A stretch of 62,469 bases of DNA from Bacillota bacterium. GTDB taxonomy: Bacteria; Bacillota; UBA994; UBA5500. Under the pieces are notes generated by a model. The model was given only the letters and a program-made list of their open reading frames with translations, did not search any database and was not told where the DNA came from. A program made the position numbers and the translations under genes. The stretch is from the NCBI GenBank assembly GCA_023622465.1, contig JAMNZE010000093.1:1-62469 (forward strand). The letters are read 5' to 3'. Shown piece after piece: positions 1 through 9,308 of this stretch. How positions within the stretch are numbered: position 1 is the stretch's first letter; each line of letters begins with the position of its first letter.

Positions 1-10
1 CTAGACAAAC

Positions 11-766
11 TCATTTCCCGCTTCCTCCTCCTGCTAATAGATCGCGTACGACGGCACTAGCTAGCAGCAGACCGGCTGCCGGAGGAACAAAGGCAGTACT
101 GCCCGGTATTTGGCGTTTGGTCGTCTGCTCCTGCTCTTGCAGCTGCTGGTGGAACTCGGTGAGGGGTGGAGCTGGTGATTCGGTAGAGAAGACCACCTTT
201 ACCCCCTTGTAAATACCTCGCTTCCGCAATTCTCGCCGCATGACCTTGGCCAAAGGGTCAATGCTCGTCTTACTAATATCGGCTACTTGCAACAAGGAAG
301 GGTCGAATTTATTGCCGGCCCCCATGCTGCAGATGATAGGCAGGTTTAGTTCCCGGCACTTTTCAATCAGAATCAGCTTACTAGCTACCGTGTCAATGGC
401 ATCAACCACATAGTCGAAATCAGCATCTAGTAATTCCCGCCAGTTATTTTCGTCTAGGAAGGCGGGGACGGCCTCAACATGACAATCGGGATTAATCTGT
501 TTAATTCTTTCCGCCATTACTTGAACTTTTGACCGCCCAATGGTGCTTTCTAGGGCTGGTAATTGCCGGTTAATATTGGTGAGGGAAACCACATCGTGGT
601 CCACCAAACGCAGTCGGCCAATGCCGCTGCGGGCAAGGGCTTCGGCGGCAAAGGAGCCAACCCCGCCAATGCCAAAGATAGCCACATGGGCTGTTTGCAG
701 GCACTGCAGGCCTTTAGCGCCGATCAGTAATTCTAGCCGTGAAAAACGATGCAAAATAGTGATCAC
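11..766 (-). CDS. tcdA: tRNA threonylcarbamoyladenosine dehydratase (ThiF/MoeB-family E1-like enzyme)
   Basis: 251-aa ORF. It has the Rossmann motif IFGIGGVGSFAAEALARSG and LVDHDVVSLTNINRQ, typical of ThiF/MoeB-type enzymes. Size and sequence fit the YgdL/TcdA subgroup. Confidence 0.8.
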   Translation of the reverse strand: MITILHRFSRLELLIGAKGLQCLQTAHVAIFGIGGVGSFAAEALARSGIGRLRLVDHDVVSLTNINRQLPALESTIGRSKVQVMAERIKQINPDCHVEAVPAFLDENNWRELLDADFDYVVDAIDTVASKLILIEKCRELNLPIICSMGAGNKFDPSLLQVADISKTSIDPLAKVMRRELRKRGIYKGVKVVFSTESPAPPLTEFHQQLQEQEQTTKRQIPGSTAFVPPAAGLLLASAVVRDLLAGGGSGK

Positions 767-775
767 CCTTTATAC

Positions 776-1840
776 TTATTTTCTTGCCGGGCAGGTAAAG
801 GGATACTGATGGTGCCCACAGCGGGGACATTGGTGGCAGCTATTTATCGGATTGGGATCGCGCCCTAGAGCCTTACTAGCCCACCGGGGGTCGGCTAACA
901 TGGCTCGCCCAATGGCAATCATATCGGCCAGACCAGCCCGAAGCGCTGCCTCCGCTTGCTCGGGGTGGATGATGCCACCGACGCCGATGACGGGTACATT
1001 AACCACCCTTTTCACTTCAGCAGCCAGTCGCAAAGTCGGTGACCAGAGCTCTTCATCGGCAGAACCAAGCTGAGGAGCGCCACCCACACCGCCTGATATA
1101 TGTAGCATTTTTGCACCCGCTTCTACCAGCCAGCGGGCTAATTGTAAGCCTTCTGCCAAGGAAAGTCCATTGTCGATGTTGTCAGCCACACCCAGGCGCA
1201 CATAGACCAGACAGTCTTTCCCCACGGCGGCGCTGACCTTTTCGGTTACCTCCAGAGCAAACCGGGCCCGGTTGGCCAAAGAGCAGCCATACTCATCTTG
1301 GCGATGATTCATAGCCGGGGAAAAGAACTGGCTCAGCAGGTAGCCGTGGGCCCCGTGCAGCTCGATAGCATCGAAGCCCGCATCTCTGGCTCGACGGGCG
1401 GCAGCCACAAAATTCTCCTGTATGCATTGGATATCCGCCTTATCCATAGCCTGCGGCAACACCTGGTCCCGATGTCGGGTTATTGCAGAGGGTGCCAGTA
1501 GGGATAATCCGTGGGTGTTCTTGAGGGTAGTATGCCCGCCCGCATGATGCAACTGAATGGCTGCTAAAGCACCTTGTTTATGAATTGAGTCGGCCAGCTG
1601 TCTAAGGCCGGGTAGGTGTCGATCAGCAAAAGCGCCGATTTGCCGGGCATCTAACCTTCCCTCCGGTGAGACGGCTGTAGCCTCTACCACAATTATGCCC
1701 ACATCGGAAAAGGAGGCATAATGTTGGATTTGATAATCAGAAACTATCCCTTCCGGGCTGGCGGCCCTAGTGACCATAGGAGGGACAACCAGGCGGTTCC
1801 TGCTGTTCCATTTATCAATGGTTAAGGGGGTGGCAAGCAT
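776..1840 (-). CDS. NADH:flavin oxidoreductase, Old Yellow Enzyme family, with Cys-rich C-terminus
   Basis: The ORF runs 776..1843. It carries OYE TIM-barrel signatures (PPMVTRAA, ELHGAHGYLLSQFFSP, VIGVGGI). The ATG at 1840 lies 6 nt after AAGGAAGG. The C-terminal tail is CHQCPRCGHHQYPFTC. Confidence 0.8.
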   Translation of the reverse strand: MLATPLTIDKWNSRNRLVVPPMVTRAASPEGIVSDYQIQHYASFSDVGIIVVEATAVSPEGRLDARQIGAFADRHLPGLRQLADSIHKQGALAAIQLHHAGGHTTLKNTHGLSLLAPSAITRHRDQVLPQAMDKADIQCIQENFVAAARRARDAGFDAIELHGAHGYLLSQFFSPAMNHRQDEYGCSLANRARFALEVTEKVSAAVGKDCLVYVRLGVADNIDNGLSLAEGLQLARWLVEAGAKMLHISGGVGGAPQLGSADEELWSPTLRLAAEVKRVVNVPVIGVGGIIHPEQAEAALRAGLADMIAIGRAMLADPRWASKALGRDPNPINSCHQCPRCGHHQYPFTCPARK

Positions 1841-1868
1841 CAATTACCTTCCTTTCTAGCAAGTACGA

Positions 1869-2873
1869 TTAGTTATTGGCCGATTCATCCACCATTTCTT
1901 CGTGGAGGCGGCGTTGGCAGGCATCAAGCAGGCGTTTAAATAGGTCGCGGGAAGACCAACCTAGATGCTGACACATTTTTCCGATATAGCTTTGATGTAA
2001 GTGTTTTTCGTCCCCGGTCAGGATCTGTAATCCGGCAAAAGTATTAAGTTCTAAGGCATAGGGTTTTTTAGTCTGCGGATCGTAAATGAAGTCTACTCGC
2101 CCAAAGTCCCTAGCTCCCAAACTCTTAAAGGCCCGCTTGGCCGCTTCACATAATAAATCTATTTCTTCTTTTGCCAGACGGGCTGGGCAATGGAGAATCT
2201 CATTATCCTGCTTGTGGACAAAGGTATTGGTCCGTGCCTGACCACTATATTCAATCTCTAAGGGAGGTAGTACGGTTAAATCGGTATCGTTGCCGATGAG
2301 GCCGACTGTTACTTCGATCCCTTGAATATATTCTTCTATGAGCACCCCTTGTTGCATAGTGTAGAGAATGCGCTGACAAGTCCGTTCCAGTTCCTTCTGA
2401 TTGTGCACGATGGATTCATCGGTAATGCCCGCACTTCCTCGTCCCCTTATGGGTTTAACAAAAAGCGGGAATGGGGGTAATGCCACCGATTTTAGTTGAT
2501 CCATGCTGTGAATATAAGCAAAGGTTGGTGTTAATACTTGGGCATCTCGCCAGAGTCGCTTGCGGGTAGCTTTATCGGTGGCTACCAGGTCAATGCCCGA
2601 ACCCATGAAAGGTATATGTAGAATTTCCAGCAAAGCTACCTCTTCTAAAGACGAGGCATTGACTACCAGTTCGTAATGGCCCCCTTGCAGGGCTTTAATA
2701 TTCTTACTGATGTCTTTGCTCCATGTGATAATTTCCACCGTGTGCCCGTTGGCTCTCAGGGCCTCGGCGTGGTGACGCGCTTCTTCGATGGCGTCATCGG
2801 GGAATTTTTCTCCGGAAAACTTAGTCTGCCATTCCGTATTGCGGTAAGGACGATGTAGTACACAGATTTTCAT
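1869..2873 (-). CDS. ATP-grasp enzyme, D-alanine--D-alanine ligase-like
   Basis: The ORF runs 1869..2885. ATP-grasp motifs (FVKPIRGRGSAGI, IEEYIQGIEVTVGLIG, GRVDFIYD...LELNT) resemble the Ddl family. The internal ATG at 2873 (MKICVL) is the preferred start. Confidence 0.65.
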   Translation of the reverse strand: MKICVLHRPYRNTEWQTKFSGEKFPDDAIEEARHHAEALRANGHTVEIITWSKDISKNIKALQGGHYELVVNASSLEEVALLEILHIPFMGSGIDLVATDKATRKRLWRDAQVLTPTFAYIHSMDQLKSVALPPFPLFVKPIRGRGSAGITDESIVHNQKELERTCQRILYTMQQGVLIEEYIQGIEVTVGLIGNDTDLTVLPPLEIEYSGQARTNTFVHKQDNEILHCPARLAKEEIDLLCEAAKRAFKSLGARDFGRVDFIYDPQTKKPYALELNTFAGLQILTGDEKHLHQSYIGKMCQHLGWSSRDLFKRLLDACQRRLHEEMVDESANN

Positions 2874-3025
2874 TTTTATTTTCACCCCACTTTAGATATA
2901 ATATTGGAATATTCTATTGATAATAATATCATACCATATTGTAGCTACTAGTAAAAACGGACCATATAGAGGAGCAGGAAAAGGGGAAAGTAGTGCGAAG
3001 TATGTACCTGAAATGAGGTGGTAGC

Positions 3026-3826
3026 GTGTTAGTAGATAATCATGTACACCTAGAAAATGGCCCCTATACCCTGGATTGGTTAGAGAAGTTTATCATTCAG
3101 GCCGATCGGGTAGGTGTAGAGGAGCTAGGTATCGTTGAACATTTTTATCGCTTTGTTGAGGCGAAGGACTGCCTTTATAATGAGCAAATAGCACGTAAAC
3201 AAACTCAGCACCTGGAATCCTATCTGGAACTGATGGCCTTAGCTAAGCAAAAGGGGTGGCCGGTAAAGACCGGTTTAGAAGTCGATTACTTCCCCGGTAA
3301 GGAGGCTAATATTCGCCGGGCCTTACGCGGGTTGCCCTTAGATTTTGTTGTTGGCTCGGTACATTGGCTAGGGGATTGGTGCTTTGATGGCGACCCTGAA
3401 TCGTGGAAAGAGCGAGACCTGGAGACCGTTTACCGCGAGTATTATGAGGTTCTGGCCCAAGCGGTTGAAAGTAAGCTCTTTGATATCCTAGGTCATCCGG
3501 GTAACATTGCCTACTTTGGTCACTGCCCCGATTTAGATGTGGTTACCCGCATTGAAAATGAGTGGTTAGCCCGCATTAAACGCCATCGCATAATCATTGA
3601 GGTGAATACGGGTGGTCTGTTACGGCCGGGGCGTAGCCTTTTCCCTCGGGTTGACCTGTTGAAACGTATTCGCGTGGCTAATTTTGATATTTCCCTTGGT
3701 TCCGATGCCCACTATCCAGAACATGTGGGCCACGCCTTTAGGGAAACTCACCAGTTGGTGAAACAGCTGAACTTTAGCGGCCTTAGCCGGTTTCAACGCC
3801 GCAGGTATAGATTGCTCGGTCTGTAA
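3026..3826 (+). CDS. PHP-domain histidinol-phosphatase family protein
   Basis: 266-aa ORF with a GTG start 4 nt after GAGGTGG. PHP metal-ligand motifs are present (DNHVHLE, GSVHW, LGHPG, GSDAHYP), as in the HisJ/HisK family. Confidence 0.7.
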   Translation: MLVDNHVHLENGPYTLDWLEKFIIQADRVGVEELGIVEHFYRFVEAKDCLYNEQIARKQTQHLESYLELMALAKQKGWPVKTGLEVDYFPGKEANIRRALRGLPLDFVVGSVHWLGDWCFDGDPESWKERDLETVYREYYEVLAQAVESKLFDILGHPGNIAYFGHCPDLDVVTRIENEWLARIKRHRIIIEVNTGGLLRPGRSLFPRVDLLKRIRVANFDISLGSDAHYPEHVGHAFRETHQLVKQLNFSGLSRFQRRRYRLLGL

Positions 3827-3828
3827 TA

Positions 3829-3867
3829 AAAAAGCCAGTCATGTAGGGCGATGACTGGCTTTTTTTG
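3829..3867. terminator. Bidirectional intrinsic terminator
   Basis: Stem AGCCAGTCAT, 8-nt loop, stem ATGACTGGCT. It is preceded by an A-run and followed by T7. It lies between the convergent PHP gene and feoB. Confidence 0.7.
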
Positions 3868-3921
3868 TTGTTGTCTGCAGAAGGCTCCGTTAGTGCCTAG
3901 TATCTCCTTCGGCTCCTTAAG

Positions 3922-6018
3922 CTAGAGCCCTAAGAAGCGCGCCGCTTGAGTTATCAGGAAGCACAGGGTGAAACCGACCGCGGTGGGCACCAATAGAGAC
4001 AATACCGTCCACTTAGAACTCTGGGTCTCCTGTCTGATTGTAAGCAGAGTAGTACCACAGGGCCAATGATTGAGGGAAAAAAGGATGGTGCAGATGGCGG
4101 TTAGCCAGGTCCAGCCGTTTTGCACTAGCAAATGATACAATTCGGTCAGGCTGTGGAGTTCAAACAGGGCCCCTGACTGGGTATAGCTCATGAGAACTAT
4201 GGGGAGGACAATTTCGTTAGCAGGAAAGCCAAGGATGAATGCCAGTAGGATATAACCATCTAGACCTATGAGATACGCAATCGGTTGTAGCCAGGAAGCA
4301 AGCAGCTGCAACAGGCTGTTATCACCTATATAGCTATTAGCCAGTAACCAAAGGACAGCTCCAGCGGGCGCGGCGACTATGATAGCCCTTCTTAGTACAA
4401 ACAGGGTGCGATCTAACAAAGAACGAACTAGTATGCGCCCTATTTGTGGTTTGCGATAGGGTGGGAGCTCTAGAGCGAAGGAAGAAGGCAGCCCCTTAAG
4501 GACTGTCTTGGATAGTAGTTTAGATACTGCCAAGGTGATCATAACGCTGAGTACGATTAGCCCCACCAGCAAAAGGGTTCCTATTAGGCCACTGCTATCA
4601 GCACGGCGGGCAAAAAAAATACTTACTAGCGTGATGAGCAAGGGGAAACGGCCATTACAGGGTACAAAATTATTGGTGATGGTGGCTATTATACGCTCCC
4701 TAGGTGAATCAATGATGCGACAGCCTACTACCCCGACCGCATTACAACCAAAACCCATACACATGGTTAGTGCCTGTTTGCCATGGGCACAGGCCCGTTT
4801 GAAATAGTTGTCAAGGTTAAAGGCGATACGCGGTAAGTAGCCCAAGTCTTCCAGGAAAGTAAAGAGGGGAAAGAAGATGGCCATTGGTGGTAGCATGACG
4901 GCCACTACCCACGTCAAGGTGCGGTATATGCCTAGCACCAAGAAACCATGTAAGAAGTCGGGCCAGCCATAGGAACGCATGAAGCTGGTAAGCGAATCTT
5001 CTATGCGAAAAAAGATGGTGAACAACAGCTGAGACGGATAGTTGGCGCCCTTAATTGTTATCCAGAAGACGAGCACCAGTAAGGCTAGCATAATGGGAAT
5101 TCCCCAGCGCCGGGAGGTCACAATTTGGTCTATTTTTCTATCGCGCCGATCGTAGTCTTGTTGCTTGACCGTTACCGTGTTCTTGGCAATCCGCTCCGCC
5201 GTATGTATCAGACTAGTAACGATGCTGTCATGGAGTTTATCTCCTATAAGGTCTTGTTCCTGCAGAATTCTGTAGGCCTGAGCTAACCTTGCCTTCAAGC
5301 TTTGGGCAGGGCTATCCAGCACTGCTACTTCCCGCTGAAGTAGACGTAGAGCCCGCCAGCGGGCAGAGTAGTTGGTATTCTTCGCTTCGAGGGCCGGTAA
5401 CAACAGATCTACTGCCGTTTCGATGGGAGGAGCATAGTTAATCTGCAAGGGGTTCGTCTTTTCCTTTCCCATGGCCATCCGATGAATAGCTGCTTTCAGC
5501 TCCTTTAGCCCTTCGCCGTCGCGAGCGTTGGTGCCCACAACCGGTACCCCCAACAATGCGGCCAGTTTTTCCAAATCCACATGGATCTGTTTCCTCTTAG
5601 CCTCATCCAGCAGGTTTACGCAGACAACCACATGGGGCGTGATCTCCATAATTTGCAGCACCAAGTTCAGGTTGCGTTCTAAGCAAGTGGCATCGGTAAC
5701 GATTACTATAGCCTTGGCTTGGCCGGAACAGATAAAATCACGGGCCACTTCTTCCTCCACCGAATTGGCCAGGAGTGAATAGGTCCCTGGTAAATCTACA
5801 AGTATATAGTTCTGGTCTTGATACTGAAACTGGCCTCGGGCTATTGTCACAGTTTTGCCGGGCCAGTTCCCAGTATGCTGGTTGAGACCGGTCAATTGGT
5901 TGAATAGGGTGCTTTTGCCCGTATTGGGGTTGCCAGCTAAGGCAATGACCAACGAGTCCGATGGGGCTTGGCTGACGGCCAATTGGGCGTCAAGCCCTCT
6001 GAGGCTCCCGAGTCCCAT
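3922..6018 (-). CDS. feoB: Ferrous iron transport protein B
   Basis: It has a G-domain (GNPNTGKSTLFNQLTG, DLPGTYSL) followed by a polytopic permease domain. The ORF extends to 6135, but ATG 6018 (MGLGSL) follows an AAGGGGGA RBS and lies just beyond the feoA stop. Confidence 0.92.
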   Translation of the reverse strand: MGLGSLRGLDAQLAVSQAPSDSLVIALAGNPNTGKSTLFNQLTGLNQHTGNWPGKTVTIARGQFQYQDQNYILVDLPGTYSLLANSVEEEVARDFICSGQAKAIVIVTDATCLERNLNLVLQIMEITPHVVVCVNLLDEAKRKQIHVDLEKLAALLGVPVVGTNARDGEGLKELKAAIHRMAMGKEKTNPLQINYAPPIETAVDLLLPALEAKNTNYSARWRALRLLQREVAVLDSPAQSLKARLAQAYRILQEQDLIGDKLHDSIVTSLIHTAERIAKNTVTVKQQDYDRRDRKIDQIVTSRRWGIPIMLALLVLVFWITIKGANYPSQLLFTIFFRIEDSLTSFMRSYGWPDFLHGFLVLGIYRTLTWVVAVMLPPMAIFFPLFTFLEDLGYLPRIAFNLDNYFKRACAHGKQALTMCMGFGCNAVGVVGCRIIDSPRERIIATITNNFVPCNGRFPLLITLVSIFFARRADSSGLIGTLLLVGLIVLSVMITLAVSKLLSKTVLKGLPSSFALELPPYRKPQIGRILVRSLLDRTLFVLRRAIIVAAPAGAVLWLLANSYIGDNSLLQLLASWLQPIAYLIGLDGYILLAFILGFPANEIVLPIVLMSYTQSGALFELHSLTELYHLLVQNGWTWLTAICTILFSLNHWPCGTTLLTIRQETQSSKWTVLSLLVPTAVGFTLCFLITQAARFLGL

Positions 6019-6029
6019 GTTTATCCCCC

Positions 6030-6278
6030 TTAGTTTGTCTTTTCTATGATAACGGAAGCCGCCTCTTCGGCTCTGAGGGCGATCACTGTTCCCCTTATAT
6101 GGTAGGCCCGGGGATCGCCGCTGGGGCTTTGACAAAGGGCTTCCACAACGGTGTTGGCTACTAGCCCCAGATCTAACAAGCGGCGACGCATCCGGCTATT
6201 GGTCTTTAGCTCCCGCACAATTCCTTGCTGACCTATAGGTAATTCGGTAAGAGAAATGGTTGGGCCAGTAACTGACAT
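6030..6278 (-). CDS. feoA: FeoA family protein
   Basis: 82-aa FeoA-like protein (LTELPIGQQGIVRELK...RRRLLDLGL) immediately upstream of feoB. An RBS GGGAGAG precedes the ATG. Confidence 0.85.
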   Translation of the reverse strand: MSVTGPTISLTELPIGQQGIVRELKTNSRMRRRLLDLGLVANTVVEALCQSPSGDPRAYHIRGTVIALRAEEAASVIIEKTN

Positions 6279-6303
6279 AGAAATTCTCTCCCTTCTAAAA
6301 GAG

Positions 6304-6317
6304 TTAGCTACAGCTAA
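6304..6317. promoter_or_regulatory. Candidate DtxR/MntR-family operator (inverted repeat)
   Basis: TTAGCT-AC-AGCTAA inverted repeat about 25 nt upstream of the feoA start codon, in the feoA/mntR divergent intergenic region. Confidence 0.4.
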
Positions 6318-6410
6318 TATATGGCCCGCTGGTAGCCAGTGTTACTCATGGCTAATTCTTTGAGGGCATAAGTTAGCAGTGAGCAACTTTTTGCGGGAGG
6401 CGAATGGGGG

Positions 6411-6911
6411 ATGCCGAAGAAGAGAGAATTTCGTACCGTTAGGGGTTACCAGTTGTTGAAACAAAGTAGAGGCTCTGAACTGACACCTAGTATGGAAGAT
6501 TATCTGGAGATGATATATCGCACCTGCCAACATAGTCCCTCGGTTCGGGTAAATGCGTTGGCCCAGCAATTAAATGTACAGGCGCCATCGGTCACTCGCA
6601 CAGTACGCCGCCTAGCTGAACAGGGATATGTGACCTATCAGAAGTATGGTGTCATTGAACTGACTGCTAAGGGTGAACAGCTGGGCAAATATCTGCTGGC
6701 TCGCCATGAGACAATCGAGCAGTTTCTTTCCAATTTGGGGGTTAGGGCCAGTCTGTTAGTGGACACCGAGCTAATAGAGCATTATCTTAGCTCGGAAACG
6801 GTGCGCTCGATGGAGGCCTGGAACGCTTTCCTCGCTGAAAATGAGGACGTCTTAGAGCGTTTCGCCGAGTTCTGGCAGCAATATGCTACCAATAACAAGC
6901 CGTTATGCTAA
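6411..6911 (+). CDS. mntR: DtxR-family metalloregulator, MntR-type
   Basis: TPSMEDYLEMIY, ARHETIEQFL and ELIEHYLS conserve the positions I recall as the B. subtilis MntR metal ligands (D8, E11, H77, E99, E102, H103). A 25-aa N-terminal extension makes the start uncertain. Confidence 0.8.
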   Translation: MPKKREFRTVRGYQLLKQSRGSELTPSMEDYLEMIYRTCQHSPSVRVNALAQQLNVQAPSVTRTVRRLAEQGYVTYQKYGVIELTAKGEQLGKYLLARHETIEQFLSNLGVRASLLVDTELIEHYLSSETVRSMEAWNAFLAENEDVLERFAEFWQQYATNNKPLC

Positions 6912-6949
6912 AATTAAAGTAGCTTTCTAATAGAGGAGGAGACGAGTAA

Positions 6950-8143
6950 GTGCAGTATAATTTTGATCAGCTAATTGATCGGCGCAACACCAATAGTAGT
7001 AAACATGATAATAATAGGGTGATGTTTGGACGGGAAGACGTGTTAGAGTTATGGGTAGCCGACATGGACTTCCCTGCCCCCGCACCGGTTGTAGAGGCGA
7101 TTAAAAAGAGGGCTGAACATCCGATATATGGATACACCTTTCCGCCCGCATCGCTGTACGAGGCCATTGTAAACAGGCTGGACCGGCTTTATGGCTGGAA
7201 GATTAAGAAGGAATGGATTGTCTTTAATGCGGGCGTTGTAAATGGGCTCTATTCGGCTGTCGAAGCCTTTACCCAGCGGGGTGATGAGCTGATCGTCCAG
7301 CCCCCTGTTTATTATCCTTTCTATGGCGCGATCAAGAATACGGGGCGCCAGGTTATCCATAATCCGCTGCGGGAAGTAGATGGCCGTTACGAAATGGATT
7401 TTGAGGGCCTAGAAAAATTGTTTGAGGTTCGTACCAGCTTCCCAGTACGTACACCACGCATTAGAGCTTTGATCTTGTGCAGCCCGCATAATCCGGTGGG
7501 ACGAGTGTGGACTAAAGAAGAGTTAGAGCGCCTGGCCGAGATCTGTGTCAAGAATAATTGCCTGATTTTCTCCGATGAGATTCACTGCGAACTGTTAGCA
7601 CCCGGGGCTGAACACACGGTAACAGCTAGCCTATCGTCGGAAATTGAGCAGCGCACTATCACCTTTATGTCTGCCAGCAAAACTTTTAACATTGCTGGGT
7701 TGGCCACCTCCTTCGTCATTATTCCTAACGATGAGTTGAGGCAGCGCTATATAGCAGCCCGGGCCGGTCATAACAGTGGTAATCTCTTCGGCTTTGTAGC
7801 TACCGAAGCGGCTCTAACCCAGTGTGACGATTATCTGGAACAGTTACGGAATTATCTCCATGAGAACTATAAGTTCTTCCGCGAGTTTATTAACACCCGC
7901 TTGCCCCAATTACGGGTGGCTGAGATGGAAGGCACTTACTTAGCTTGGGTGGATATGCGCCAGCTGGGTATGGACCCGTTAGAATTGCAGGACTTCATAA
8001 GGAACAAAGCCCGCTTAGCCCTAGATGATGGCTATGCCTTCGGTCCCGGCGGCGAAGGTTTTCAGCGTTTTAATCTGGCTTGCCCCCGTTCGATTGTGGA
8101 AGAAGCCTTGTTACGGTTAGAGAAAGCGATTAACGAACTATAA
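6950..8143 (+). CDS. patB: MalY/PatB-family PLP-dependent C-S lyase (cystathionine beta-lyase-like aminotransferase)
   Basis: GTG start 8 nt after AGGAGGAG. It has the N-terminal NFDQLIDRRNTNSSKH and the SASKTFNIAG PLP-lysine motif typical of this family. Confidence 0.8.
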   Translation: MQYNFDQLIDRRNTNSSKHDNNRVMFGREDVLELWVADMDFPAPAPVVEAIKKRAEHPIYGYTFPPASLYEAIVNRLDRLYGWKIKKEWIVFNAGVVNGLYSAVEAFTQRGDELIVQPPVYYPFYGAIKNTGRQVIHNPLREVDGRYEMDFEGLEKLFEVRTSFPVRTPRIRALILCSPHNPVGRVWTKEELERLAEICVKNNCLIFSDEIHCELLAPGAEHTVTASLSSEIEQRTITFMSASKTFNIAGLATSFVIIPNDELRQRYIAARAGHNSGNLFGFVATEAALTQCDDYLEQLRNYLHENYKFFREFINTRLPQLRVAEMEGTYLAWVDMRQLGMDPLELQDFIRNKARLALDDGYAFGPGGEGFQRFNLACPRSIVEEALLRLEKAINEL

Positions 8144-8153
8144 ATAGTTTTCC

Positions 8154-8185
8154 GGGTCTGTCGCAAAACTACTTGCGACAGACCC
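8154..8185 (+). terminator. Intrinsic terminator (member of the GC-rich palindrome family)
   Basis: GGGTCTGTCGCAAAACTACTTGCGACAGACCC followed by a T-rich run, 11 nt after the patB stop. Confidence 0.7.
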
Positions 8186-8201
8186 TTCTTCTTTTCCATT
8201 A

Positions 8202-8230
8202 TTGACATATGCTCAAAACCAATTTACAAT
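8202..8230 (+). promoter_or_regulatory. Sigma-A-type promoter of the mrp operon
   Basis: TTGACA (8202..8207), a 17-nt spacer, then TACAAT (8225..8230). Confidence 0.55.
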
Positions 8231-8235
8231 CTTAG

Positions 8236-8249
8236 TGAGCATATGCTCA
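8236..8249. promoter_or_regulatory. Candidate operator, perfect 14-bp palindrome
   Basis: TGAGCATATGCTCA lies 5 nt downstream of the -10. A near copy, TGACATATGCTCA (8203..8215), overlaps the -35. Confidence 0.5.
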
Positions 8250-8268
8250 TAACAAGGGAGGCGCCTCG

Positions 8269-9066
8269 ATGAGCACAGGAAATTTACAACAACCAGGAAA
8301 CGCACAAAGTTCGATTGATCAAGTTCTTGCGGTAATGAGTGGTAAAGGCGGCGTAGGTAAATCTTCGATGACAGCACTGATTGCCAGTCAGCTGGCCAAT
8401 CGGGGCTACAAGGTAGGCGTACTTGATGCCGACATCACAGGCCCTAGTATCCCAAGACTATTGGGGGTGAGTGATAGGCCCGAAAGCTGTCCCGACGGGT
8501 TGCTGCCTGTCCGTTCGGGTGGAGGACTTAAGGTCATGAGTCTCAATTTGTTACTCCCACGGGAAGACCAACCAGTGGTTTGGCGAGCTCCTCTTATCAC
8601 TAATATGATCAGGCAATTCTGGACAAACGTTATTTGGGGTGAATTGGATTTTCTAATCGTTGACTTGCCCCCCGGCACCGGTGATGCTCCTCTAACTGTG
8701 CTACAAAGCTTACCAGTGGACGGCTTGGTGCTAGTTAGTACCCCCCAAGATTTAGCAGTAATGATAGTAAAGAAGGCCATTCATATGGCTCGTAGCATGG
8801 GGGTCCCAATTCTTGGTTTAGTGGAGAACATGAGTGGACTCCAGTGTCCCCATTGCGGCGAGCTAATTGAACCTTTCGGCCCCAGCCAGGGAAAAGCGGT
8901 TAGCCAGGAACTCGATCTGGCTTTCCTTGGCAGTCTGCCTATAGAACCTAAACTCCGAGAGCTGTCTGACCGGGGAGAAATCGAAAATTACAGCAGTGAA
9001 GCGGTTGACGAACTAATTGATAACCTGCGCATACAATTAGGTGCTTTAAAAGGAGGTGAAAAGTGA
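8269..9066 (+). CDS. mrp: Mrp/NBP35/ApbC-family iron-sulfur cluster carrier ATPase
   Basis: Deviant Walker A SGKGGVGKSS. A CPHCG CxxC motif sits in the C-terminal third. Length is 265 aa. Confidence 0.85.
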   Translation: MSTGNLQQPGNAQSSIDQVLAVMSGKGGVGKSSMTALIASQLANRGYKVGVLDADITGPSIPRLLGVSDRPESCPDGLLPVRSGGGLKVMSLNLLLPREDQPVVWRAPLITNMIRQFWTNVIWGELDFLIVDLPPGTGDAPLTVLQSLPVDGLVLVSTPQDLAVMIVKKAIHMARSMGVPILGLVENMSGLQCPHCGELIEPFGPSQGKAVSQELDLAFLGSLPIEPKLRELSDRGEIENYSSEAVDELIDNLRIQLGALKGGEK

Positions 9067-9308
9067 TGCCAAGATTTGATTGCCCTGGTCCGCTGGGTTG
9101 GGGGCCGCGAGTAGGCCGTGGTCTAGGTTTCTGCGGTTCTCCCCCCCGGGCTGCTTTTTGCGGCTATGGCCGTGGTTTCGGTCGCGGTTATGGTCGGCGT
9201 CAACGGCTTGCTCCGTCTAAAGAGGCGATTAAAGACGAGATTTCTTTCTTAGAGGAGCGGTTAGAGGAACTTAGAGAACTCCTTGCGGAAGACGAGGACA
9301 AAGAATAA
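9066..9308 (+). CDS. DUF5320-like small protein (Gly/Arg-rich N-half, acidic coiled-coil tail)
   Basis: MPRFDCPGPLGWGPRVGRGLGFCG...GRGFGRGYGRR followed by EISFLEERLEELRELLAEDEDKE. ATG 9066 overlaps the mrp TGA (GTGATG). The family assignment is from memory. Confidence 0.65.
   Translation: MPRFDCPGPLGWGPRVGRGLGFCGSPPRAAFCGYGRGFGRGYGRRQRLAPSKEAIKDEISFLEERLEELRELLAEDEDKE

Noticed and set aside
6019-6135. An upstream extension of the feoB ORF (MSKPQRRSPGLPYKGNSDRPQSRRGG...) that overlaps feoA.
   Set aside because: ATG 6018 has a good RBS and begins right at the conserved G-domain. The extension overlaps the feoA coding region in another frame.
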